Position numbers and translations under genes: made by a program. This document shows, piece after piece, positions 28,257-36,399 of a DNA stretch of 64,000 bases. Numbering within the stretch: position 1 is the first letter of the stretch; each line of letters begins with the position of its first letter. The notes under the pieces are model-generated. The model made no database searches. It was not told where the DNA came from and saw only the letters and a list, made by a program, of their open reading frames with translations. This stretch comes from Acidobacteriota bacterium (GTDB lineage Bacteria > Acidobacteriota > Vicinamibacteria > Vicinamibacterales > SCN-69-37): contig JBDTNQ010000004.1 in the NCBI GenBank assembly GCA_039933635.1, forward strand, positions 31,880 to 95,879. The letters run 5' to 3'.

Positions 28257-28649
28257 GTGAACGGACCTGCCGCGACCACCTGTGGCAACGTCCTCATCGT
28301 GGATGACGACGTCGACGGCGTGGACGCCCTGAAGTACCTGCTGGAATCGCACGGATACCACGTCGACAGCGCGGGGAACGGCCGGGAGGCCCTGGAGTAC
28401 TTGCGCACGGGAGCCCGCCCATGCGTGGTCATTCTCGACCTGGCGATGCCGGTGATGAATGGCTGGCAGTTTCTGGCGGCCCGCCAAAGCGACGAGGCTC
28501 TCGCGAGCATCCCCGTGATCGTGGTGACTGCCAGTCAACCGGCGCCCGGTGCAGAGTCGGAACTGGTGATGACCAAGCCCGTCGACCTGGACGACCTGCT
28601 TGCACGCGTTGGCGCCGCCTGCGCCGTCACGGAGCGACGGCATTCGTGA
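28257..28649 (+). CDS. Single-domain response regulator receiver
   Basis: VLIVDDDVDG...VVILDLAMPVMNG...PVIVVTAS...KP. GTG start 1 nt after the upstream stop. Confidence 0.85.
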   Translation: MNGPAATTCGNVLIVDDDVDGVDALKYLLESHGYHVDSAGNGREALEYLRTGARPCVVILDLAMPVMNGWQFLAARQSDEALASIPVIVVTASQPAPGAESELVMTKPVDLDDLLARVGAACAVTERRHS

Positions 28650-28661
28650 ACGCCGGACACA

Positions 28662-29573
28662 GTGAGTGTGACGATGCTGAGGAGCGAAACCACTGGCGTA
28701 TCCGCGACGGGTGCCCACGCTGTCCAGTTCTACGAGGACGACGAGTTCCTCGCAACGGTCGTCGCCGATTTTCTCGCGACCGGACTGCGACTGGGTCGGC
28801 CGTGCGTGGTCATCGCCACGCTGGAACACCGGACCGCGATCGAAGCCGCCCTCCGTCACAACCATGCCGTCGACGTCGACGATGTGCTGTACCTCGACGC
28901 GCGCGAAACGCTCACCCAGTTCATGTTCGACGGACGGCCCGATAGGGCTCGGTTTGCCGAGTCCGTTGGGCGGCTGGTGGCCGACATCGCGGTGAGCGCC
29001 CCGGAGAAGGTGATTCACGCGTTCGGGGAGATGGTGAATGTGCTGTGCGCTGATCGAATGGTCGGCGCGGCCATCGAACTCGAGGGGTTGTGGAACGATC
29101 TCATCGCGCGCTACGCGGTCCACCTGCTGTGTGCCTATCAAACCTCGGTGCTTCGAAATGCGGACGGCGGCGCAACGTTCGACCACCTGTGCGGCTGCCA
29201 CATTGACGTGCTGTCGACGCAGCGGCTGGCGATGCAGCCTGACGAAGCGGCACGTCTCCGGCACATTGCCCGGTTGGAGCACAGGGTGCGGGATTTCGAG
29301 CCAGCCTCGGTCGACGAGAGGGGCTTCCCGGCGCTCGTCGAGACCGAGTCCGCGGCTCGAGTCCGGTTCGTGTCAGTTGCATCGCACGAGTTGAGGAACC
29401 CTGTCCACGTGCTTCGTTTGCAGTTGCAGGCGGCGCTCCGCGCGCTGTCCATCGACGAAGTACCGGACCTGAGCGGTCTTCGCGCGCGGATTGAGCGCGC
29501 GGATGCGCAGGCAGTCAAGGTGTCGCAGATCCTCGACGATATGTTGATGCAGCTGCGACATAGCGAAAATTGA
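28662..29573 (+). CDS. MEDS sensory domain fused to a HisKA/DHp domain, with no HATPase_c domain
   Basis: HAVQFYEDDEFLATVVADFLATGL...VIHAFGEMV...LLCAY matches the MEDS pattern. It is followed by the H-box ASHELRNPVHVLRLQLQ. The protein ends about 60 aa after the H-box. Confidence 0.7.
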   Translation: MSVTMLRSETTGVSATGAHAVQFYEDDEFLATVVADFLATGLRLGRPCVVIATLEHRTAIEAALRHNHAVDVDDVLYLDARETLTQFMFDGRPDRARFAESVGRLVADIAVSAPEKVIHAFGEMVNVLCADRMVGAAIELEGLWNDLIARYAVHLLCAYQTSVLRNADGGATFDHLCGCHIDVLSTQRLAMQPDEAARLRHIARLEHRVRDFEPASVDERGFPALVETESAARVRFVSVASHELRNPVHVLRLQLQAALRALSIDEVPDLSGLRARIERADAQAVKVSQILDDMLMQLRHSEN

Positions 29574-29680
29574 CGTGGACCGGGCTTCCCCTGCGCCCAG
29601 ACAGGTCGAGGACGTCAACCGCCGGAAGGTCAAGCGCTATGCACGTCACCCCAGGGCCGGGCGCGCCGTGTCTGCGTGCT

Positions 29681-31156
29681 TCATGCGCCGAATCCCTCAG
29701 CTGGGGGTGCTGGAGTCGTGAGGCCACAGGCCTTCATCTTGTTCAACAGGGTCTTATAGCTCACCCCGAGCGTACGAGCGGCCTGGCGCCGATTCCAGCG
29801 CGTGCTCGAGAGGGCCTGCTCGATCGCCGTCCGCTCGGCCGTCATCGACGCCTCTCGCGACAAAGCCGTCAGGTTGGCCCCATCATCGGTCCGGGCCGCC
29901 GGCGCGGCAGGCACCGATGAGACCGTCTGGTGCAACGCCGGAGTCGCCTCGGCGGCCGGGACGACGGCGGCCGAGACCTTGAGCGCGGCTTCGAGCAAGG
30001 CCTCGTCCTGCAGAATCACGTGACGCTTGACGACGTTCTCCAGTTCGCGCACGTTGCCCGGCCAATCGTAGTGGGCCAGGAGCTCACGCAACCGCGGCGA
30101 GAAGGGGGCGACCTTACGCGTGTACTGCCGTGAGTAGGTCGTCAGGAACTGCTCCGCAAGCGGCAGGATCTCGTCCCGGCGTTCCCGAAGCGGCGGCACC
30201 CAAATCTCGATGACCTGCAGGCGGTAATACAGATCTTCCCGGAACTGACGCGCCGCGATCATCTCCGCCATCGATCGGTTAGTGGCCGCGATGATGCGGG
30301 TGTCGACTCGGACAGGCCGGTTGTTTCCGAGTTTGGTGACGGTACCGTCCTGGAGCACGTGCAGCAGCTTTGGCTGAAGCTGCAACGGCATCTCGCCGAT
30401 CTCGTCCAGAAAGATCGTTCCGCCCGACGCATGTTCGAACTTGCCAATCCGGTGTGTGTTCGCGCCGGTGAAGGCGCCGCGCTCGTGGCCGAACAGCTCG
30501 CTCTCGAGCAATTCGGCGGGCAGGGCGGCGCAGTTCACTTTCACGAACGGCCGCGCGCGCCGCGCCGAACGCTTGTGCAGTTCGCGGGCGACGACCTCTT
30601 TCCCGGCGCCGCTCTCGCCGGTGATGAGCACGCTCACGTCGCTGTCTGCGACCTTGTCGATGGTTCCCAGCACCTGCCGCATGGCTGGATTGCGTCGCCA
30701 GGACATCGGCGAGTCGGCGCTGCCGACGTCCCCGGCGTCGACATCATCCCGCGTCGCCTGATCCTCGCGCGCGGATTCGAGGTTGGCCTCGATCATCTGC
30801 TCCAGCGCGGCTTCTCCCACGCCTTCGGCGTCATCAGGCTTCACCACGTAGTCGAGAGCGCCGGCGCGGATGGACTCAACGATCGCCGATGGCATCTGAT
30901 GGCCGGACAGCATCACGACACGAGTGCCGGGCATGGCTTCACGGGCGGCGCGCAAGGTTTCGAGTCCGCTCAACCCAGGCATCTGCACGTCGAGCAGCAC
31001 GATGTCGTGGCTCGCGCCGCGCGAAAAAGCTTCTAGCAGCTGAGCGCCGCCCGCGTAGGTCTGAACATCGTACCCACGTTCCTGCAGGAGAATCTGCAGG
31101 TACTGGCGGAACGACGGATCATCATCGACGATGGCGAGTCTGCCTCGGGTGCTCAT
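29681..31156 (-). CDS. Sigma-54-dependent response regulator, paralog 3
   Basis: ORF trimmed to ATG 31156. Contains [27 protein letters not shown] and the C-terminal [27 protein letters not shown]. More diverged than paralogs 1 and 2. Confidence 0.9.
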   Translation of the reverse strand: [491 protein letters not shown]

Positions 31157-31458
31157 AATGTCGAGCACGGGCTTACATAATTCATGCCAGTTCTGCTGCG
31201 GTGGGACCTTCTCACTAGCCTGTCGATCGCCTGGTTTACGCCAAGAAATCGGGACATCTCGCCGCCGCGGTTGACGGCGTTTGCGCACGCTCTACGGGAC
31301 CCGAGCGTCGTTGGAGATGTGCGGTCGTTGGCTACACTTTGTGTGTAAGGCGTTGCCCTCTTACGCGAGGTCGTTGCCGAAGCGCACCGTGGCGGCACGC
31401 ACGTGGTGAGGGACAGTGGCCTGCTGCCCCCATTGATGCCGGGGTTCTCTGCGCGGGC

Positions 31459-32238
31459 TTACTTGTCGTGAGGCCAGTCGTCGGACGACGCGGGGTCGAG
31501 CTCCCAGCGGTGGCGGTCTCGCTCGATGATCTTGTCGCTGCCCTGGAGTTCTTCGTTGTCGTCGTAGGTGACGCCGAGTGCCTTGCCGATGTCATCGACC
31601 CGATCCTGATCCGGCGTCGGGTTGTCCCCACCGGGCGCTTCGTCGCCAACGGCGTACGCGTCTTCCCATTTCGCGTCGAGGTCGCCAGCGGTCAAGGCCG
31701 GGCTCGCCTCGGTGTGCTGGCCCAGACGGTGCTGGAGTTCTTCGCCGCCGGACCGCGCTGCCGCGAAGATGCCTTCGTCAGCGACTGCGCGCTCGATACC
31801 CTCGGCTTCTGGCAGGATGCGCCTCGCGCGGTCAAGTGACGGGCGCGGCGACCGCGTCCGGGTGGGAGCGGATTGGCGGGCGGGCTTCGGCGGGGTTGGG
31901 CGCCGGATTGCGGCCCTCGCGGCAGGCTTTGCTGGTGCTGCGGCACGCGTTCTCGTCTTTGGCTTGGTCTTGACGGCGGTCGCGGGCCGGCGCGGGGGCG
32001 CCACCTTCTTGTTGACCCTCGTCTTCTTCTTATTCTTATTGGCGACGCGCGTGGGCTGGACCCTCTTCGAGGGTCTTTGACGCTTCTTGACCGCTGGCCG
32101 GGTCCGTTTGACGGATTTCGCCGCGCTGGTACGTTTGGCGAGCGGTTTCGACCGGCGCACTGGACGCGATTTCGCCTGCGGCCGGCGGGTTTTGGCGGCT
32201 GTTCTCGTCGTTCGGCGGGGGGCTTTCCTGGCGGCCAT
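31459..32238 (-). CDS. Two-part protein: Lys/Arg/Ala/Pro-rich histone-H1-like N-terminal half plus an acidic conserved C-terminal domain
   Basis: ATG 32238 (AAAGGGA RBS) preferred over TTG 32256. The N-terminal ~150 aa are almost entirely K/R/A/P/T. The C-terminus (GDLDAKWEDAYAVGDEAPGGDNPTPDQDRVDDIGKALGV) resembles DUF6335-type modules from memory (unverified). Confidence 0.55.
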   Translation of the reverse strand: MAARKAPRRTTRTAAKTRRPQAKSRPVRRSKPLAKRTSAAKSVKRTRPAVKKRQRPSKRVQPTRVANKNKKKTRVNKKVAPPRRPATAVKTKPKTRTRAAAPAKPAARAAIRRPTPPKPARQSAPTRTRSPRPSLDRARRILPEAEGIERAVADEGIFAAARSGGEELQHRLGQHTEASPALTAGDLDAKWEDAYAVGDEAPGGDNPTPDQDRVDDIGKALGVTYDDNEELQGSDKIIERDRHRWELDPASSDDWPHDK

Positions 32239-32260
32239 GGCGTGTGTCCCTTTCAACGGG

Positions 32261-32290
32261 TTGACCCGAGCCTCCTAAGTACCGGATAAT
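32261..32290 (+). promoter_or_regulatory. Sigma-70-type promoter candidate for rpsA
   Basis: TTGACC-N18-GATAAT, about 95 nt upstream of ATG 32386. Confidence 0.4.
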
Positions 32291-32385
32291 CCACTGCTTA
32301 TCGCATTTCCTGCGAAGCTATCCTACAGCCCGCCGAAGCTGCAATTCGGCAATCAAGTGCGAACTTGAGGAGGACCCGAAACGAA

Positions 32386-34140
32386 ATGGGCAACGCTGAT
32401 CTGACCAAAAAAAGAGAGAACACACAAGGAGGTGTGAAAATTCCCTCGGGCTTCTCGACCTTCTCGCAAGACGGAGACTCCGACCCGCAGGAATATGCAC
32501 GCCTGCTCGAGCTGTACGATACCAGCTTCCGCAACCTCGCGGAAGGTGAAGTCGTCAAGGGCACGGTCGTGAAAGTGACGCCGACGGAAGTCATTGTCGA
32601 CGTTGGTTTCAAATCCGAAGGCATCATCCCGATCGAGGAGTTCATCGACGAGACCGGCGCGGTCAGTGCGCAGCCGGGCGACTCTGTCGATGTGCTGCTC
32701 GAACGCACCGAAGACCGCGAAGGCTATGTCGTCCTCTCGCGCGAAAAAGCCGAGAAGATGAAGATCTGGGACGAGGTCGAGAAGGCCTACCAGGATCGCA
32801 AGGTCGTCATCGGCCGCGTCATCGAACGCATCAAGGGCGGGCTCGCCGTCGACATCGGCGTGCGGGCGTTCCTGCCAGGCTCGCAGATCGATGTGCGCCC
32901 CGTGCGCAACCTCGACGCGCTGCGCGGCCAGGAACTGCGGATGCGCGTCATCAAGGTGAACAAGAAGCGCGGCAACATCGTGCTCTCGCGCAAGGTCCTC
33001 CTCGAAGAGGAGAACGCCGAGAAGAAGAAGCACACGCTCGAGACGTTGTCCGAGGGCAAGGTGCTCACCGGCGTGGTCAAGAACATCACCGACTACGGCG
33101 CGTTCATCGACCTCGGCGGCATCGACGGCCTGCTGCACATCACCGACATGTCCTGGGGACGGGTGACGCATCCGTCCGAGGTCGTGCGCGTGGGCGACGA
33201 GATCGACGTCATCGTCCTCAAGTACGACGCCGGCACCGAGCGCGTGTCGCTCGGCCACAAGCAACTCGTGCCCGATCCGTGGAGTAACGTCATCGAGCGG
33301 TACCCGGTCGGTATCCGGGTGTCCGGCAAGGTGGTGAGCCTCACCGACTACGGCGCGTTCATCGAACTGGAACCCGGGGTCGAGGGCTTGATCCATGTGT
33401 CCGAGATGTCGTGGAGCAAGCGGGTCAAGCACCCGTCGAAGATTCTGAACGTCGGCGACATGGTGGAAGCCATGGTGCTCGGTGTGGATCCGGGGGCACG
33501 GCGGATTTCCCTCGGCCTCAAGCAGGTCGAGAGCAATCCATGGCATGAGCTGTCGGGCAAGTACCCGATCGGCACGACGATCACCGGCAAGGTGCGCAAC
33601 CTGACCGAGTTCGGCGCCTTCGTGGAAGTGGAGGAGGGCATCGACGGCCTCATTCACATCTCCGACATGTCCTGGAGCAAGGTCAAGCATCCGTCCGAAG
33701 TGCTGAAGAAGGGCGATACGGTCGAGGCGCAGGTGCTCAGCATCGACGCCGACAACCAGCGGCTGTCGCTCGGACTCAAGCAACTGCAGACGGGCATCTG
33801 GAAGGAATTCTTCGACAAGCATCACGTCAGCGACATCGTCGAGGGGAAGGTCGTTCGTTTGACCAACTTCGGCGCGTTCGTCGAGCTGGCGGATGGCATC
33901 GAAGGGCTCATCCACGTTTCCGAGTTCGATTCGGCGCAGGGCGCCGAAAAGCTCGAGCTGCGTGCGGGTGAGAACTACCAGATGAAGATCATTCGGCTCG
34001 TGCCCGAGGAGCGGAAGATCGGCCTCAGCATTCGCGCACTGAAGGACGCTGAATACCGCGCCGACTGGGAAGCGTATGCCGAGCAGAACAGCGGACGTCC
34101 GGAAGTGACCCTGGGCGATCACTTCAAGAATCTCAAGTAG
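32386..34140 (+). CDS. rpsA: 30S ribosomal protein S1
   Basis: Repeated S1 domains (GEVVKGTVVKVT..., VIGRVIERIKGGLAVDIG, LTGVVKNITDYGAFIDLGGIDGLLHITDMSW...). ATG 32386 with GAGGAGG about 13 nt upstream. Confidence 0.95.
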   Translation: MGNADLTKKRENTQGGVKIPSGFSTFSQDGDSDPQEYARLLELYDTSFRNLAEGEVVKGTVVKVTPTEVIVDVGFKSEGIIPIEEFIDETGAVSAQPGDSVDVLLERTEDREGYVVLSREKAEKMKIWDEVEKAYQDRKVVIGRVIERIKGGLAVDIGVRAFLPGSQIDVRPVRNLDALRGQELRMRVIKVNKKRGNIVLSRKVLLEEENAEKKKHTLETLSEGKVLTGVVKNITDYGAFIDLGGIDGLLHITDMSWGRVTHPSEVVRVGDEIDVIVLKYDAGTERVSLGHKQLVPDPWSNVIERYPVGIRVSGKVVSLTDYGAFIELEPGVEGLIHVSEMSWSKRVKHPSKILNVGDMVEAMVLGVDPGARRISLGLKQVESNPWHELSGKYPIGTTITGKVRNLTEFGAFVEVEEGIDGLIHISDMSWSKVKHPSEVLKKGDTVEAQVLSIDADNQRLSLGLKQLQTGIWKEFFDKHHVSDIVEGKVVRLTNFGAFVELADGIEGLIHVSEFDSAQGAEKLELRAGENYQMKIIRLVPEERKIGLSIRALKDAEYRADWEAYAEQNSGRPEVTLGDHFKNLK

Positions 34141-34144
34141 ACAC

Positions 34145-34288
34145 GGTTTCGGGTTCAGGGTTCCGCGGTTCCGGGGTGGATTCCGGGTTCAGAGTGCTGA
34201 CGTGTCAGCCTCCGGGCCCGGAGGGCCTCGGGACCGGGACCTTGAACTGAACCTCGGCACCTTGGAACTTCGGAATCCAGAACCTTCG
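34145..34288. repeat. Intergenic element of tandem GGTTC(C) units mirrored by GAACC units (long imperfect inverted repeat)
   Basis: The left arm has five GGTTC/GATTC units and the right arm has GAACT/GAACC/GGAAC/GAATC/GAACC units. The centre holds palindromes GCTGAC-GT-GTCAGC and CTCCGGGCCCGGAG. Confidence 0.5.
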
Positions 34289-34290
34289 CG

Positions 34291-34632
34291 ATGACCAAAG
34301 CCGAACTCGTCGAAGAAGTGTCGCGCGTGTCCGATCTCACGAAGAAGCACTCGGAGGTCATCGTCGACACGGTCTTCCAGAGCATCGTCGATGCGCTGCA
34401 CCGGGGCGAGAAGATAGAACTCCGCGGATTCGGCAGCTTCCGGCTGCGCCGCCGAGAACCGCGCAAGGGCCGCAACCCGAAGACCGGTGACAAGGTCGAC
34501 GTCCCACCGAAGCAGGTCCCGTACTTCAAGCCTGGTAAAGAGCTCAAGGACCTGATCAATAAGGCGGCCGAGGAAGCCGAGGCCCAGGCCCCCGCCCCTG
34601 TCCCCGCGCCGACGACCCCGACCGAGGGGTAA
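34291..34632 (+). CDS. ihfB: Integration host factor beta-like / HU-family DNA-binding protein
   Basis: IELRGFGSFRLRRREPRKGRNPKTGDKVDVPPKQVPYFKPGKELKD closely follows the IHF-beta pattern. The rpsA-ihfB order is as in E. coli. It has an extra Ala/Pro-rich tail. Confidence 0.8.
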   Translation: MTKAELVEEVSRVSDLTKKHSEVIVDTVFQSIVDALHRGEKIELRGFGSFRLRRREPRKGRNPKTGDKVDVPPKQVPYFKPGKELKDLINKAAEEAEAQAPAPVPAPTTPTEG

Positions 34633-34702
34633 CCGCAGATCTTTAGGGCCACACGCGACGGTTCAACGGACGGGTGGGGCCGGATAGCTGTAATCTGTCG
34701 CC

Positions 34703-35215
34703 GTGGAGCGACTGTGGACGCCATGGAGACTGGCCTACGTGAGTGACGCCAGCAAGACCGCGCCGGCGGGGTGCATCTTCTGCACGGCGCTCGAAGTGCC
34801 GGAACAGGAATCCCTCGTCGTGTGCCGCGGGACCCGCGCGTTCGTCATCCTGAACAAGTTTCCCTACAACAACGGCCACGTGATGGTCGTACCGACGCGC
34901 CACGTTGCACGGCTGGCCGATCTCGACGTCGACGATCTGGCGGAGCTCATGAGCCTGGCGCAGATGGCGGAGCGCGCGCTCACACAGGTGTACCAGCCGC
35001 ATGGCTTCAACATGGGCATCAACCTCGGGCGCCCGGCGGGAGCCGGCATCCTCGATCACCTGCACCTGCACGTCGTGCCGCGATGGAACGGAGACACCAG
35101 TTTCATGACGGTCTTCGACGATACCCGCGTGCTCCCCGAGGAGCTCCCCCAAACCGCACGTCGGCTTCGCGTCGTGTTTGCGGACCTCCAGCCGGCCGTG
35201 TCGCCGGTGGCCTGA
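34703..35215 (+). CDS. HIT-family nucleotide hydrolase/transferase
   Basis: ERLWTPWRLAYV N-terminus and the histidine triad HLHLHVVPR. GTG start. Confidence 0.8.
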   Translation: MERLWTPWRLAYVSDASKTAPAGCIFCTALEVPEQESLVVCRGTRAFVILNKFPYNNGHVMVVPTRHVARLADLDVDDLAELMSLAQMAERALTQVYQPHGFNMGINLGRPAGAGILDHLHLHVVPRWNGDTSFMTVFDDTRVLPEELPQTARRLRVVFADLQPAVSPVA

Positions 35216-35232
35216 CGCACGCCCCCCGTCGC

Positions 35233-36387
35233 ATGGACTTCGGACTTTCACCTGATCAGGTCGCGTTCGTCGAGGGCGCCCGCAAGTTCGCGCGTGACGT
35301 GGTCGCCGAGTGCGCGGCGGAGATTGACGACACCGCCCGCTTTCCGCGCGCCCTGGTGACTGCGGCGGGCGAGGCGGGGTTGTGCGGCATGACCGTTCCC
35401 GCATCGGCCGGAGGCGCCGGGCGCGACTACGTCTCGTACGCGTTGGCGATGGAGGAGATCGCCGCGGCAAGCGCGACCCTCGCCGTGATTCTGACCGTTA
35501 ACACCTCGCTCGTCGCGGAGCCGATCGCGCTGCACGGCACCGAGGAGCAGCGAGGCGAGTGGCTGCCGGGACTGATCGACGGTACGCGCGTCGGTGCGTT
35601 TGCGTTGTCCGAGGCCGGGGCCGGATCGGACGCGGCCAACCAGCAAACGCTCGCCGTGTCGGACGATGACGGCTATCTCCTGAGCGGGCGCAAAGTGTGG
35701 GTGGCGAATGCCGAGGCGGCGGACGTGGCCATCGTGCTCGCGGCGACAAACCCGGCGAAACCCGGGCGCGGGATCACCGCCTTTCTCGTGCCCTTGGACT
35801 CGTCCGGCATCGAGTGCGAGCCCTGCGACTCCCTCGGCGTGCGTGGGCTCGGCTGCATGGATATGACGCTGACCGACGTGCGAGTGCCGGCGACCGCCGT
35901 TCTCGGCGGGGCCGGCCGGGGTCTCGCGATTGCGTTTCGCGCCCTCGAGCGTGGTCGTGTCGCGATTGCGGCGCAGGCGCTGGGCGTTGGATTCGCGGCG
36001 CTGGACGAGGCGCTTGCGTACGCGCGGCAGCACGAGGCGTTCGGACAGCCCATCGGACAGTTTCAGGCGATTCAGTTTCAACTCGCCGATCTGGCGGCGG
36101 ACCTCGAAGCGGCGCGGCTCCTCACCTGGCGCGCGGCGGACGCGCACGACCGGGCGACGCGGGCGGGCGTCGAAGCCGCCATGGCGAAGCTTCAGGCCTC
36201 CGAAGCCGCGCATCGCGCCGCCGATCGCGCGATGCAGATCCTTGCCTCGGCGGGCTATCGACGCGGATCCCGGATCGAACGTCTCTTGCGGGACATCCGC
36301 GCGGCCGAGATTTATCAAGGCACATCGGAAGTGCAGCGGATGATCATCGCCGAGCAAGTCGTGCGCGGCAACCGCGGCATCGCGTAA
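35233..36387 (+). CDS. Acyl-CoA dehydrogenase
   Basis: ORF 34771..36387 trimmed to ATG 35233 (MDFGLSPDQVAFVEGARKFA). The C-terminus IYQGTSEVQRMIIAEQV is typical of ACADs. Confidence 0.9.
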   Translation: MDFGLSPDQVAFVEGARKFARDVVAECAAEIDDTARFPRALVTAAGEAGLCGMTVPASAGGAGRDYVSYALAMEEIAAASATLAVILTVNTSLVAEPIALHGTEEQRGEWLPGLIDGTRVGAFALSEAGAGSDAANQQTLAVSDDDGYLLSGRKVWVANAEAADVAIVLAATNPAKPGRGITAFLVPLDSSGIECEPCDSLGVRGLGCMDMTLTDVRVPATAVLGGAGRGLAIAFRALERGRVAIAAQALGVGFAALDEALAYARQHEAFGQPIGQFQAIQFQLADLAADLEAARLLTWRAADAHDRATRAGVEAAMAKLQASEAAHRAADRAMQILASAGYRRGSRIERLLRDIRAAEIYQGTSEVQRMIIAEQVVRGNRGIA

Positions 36388-36399
36388 GAGCCTGGCCGG

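Noticed and set aside
31175-31190. TGGCATGAATTATGTA (minus strand) upstream of activator paralog 3.
   Set aside because: The -12 dinucleotide is GT and the flanks are AT-rich and non-consensus. It is kept only as a note and not called as a feature.
31158-31274. 38-codon ORF (MSSTGLHNSCQFCCGG...) in the spacer upstream of activator paralog 3.
   Set aside because: No RBS, no recognisable family, and its start overlaps the start region of the divergently transcribed activator gene. Probably fortuitous.
32353-34122. 589-aa ORF antisense to rpsA. Similar long antisense or shadow ORFs occur at 19097..21070(-), 40544..42289(-), 56983..59298(+), 6393..7598(-), 15573..16967(-), 13228..14415(+) and 23752..25023(+).
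   Set aside because: Each lies opposite a gene with clear family motifs (S1, TamB, ValRS, PBP1A, TreY, Omp85, the sigma-54 activators). Their translations are Arg/Ala/Gly/His-rich with no recognisable domains, which is typical of stop-codon-poor high-GC DNA.
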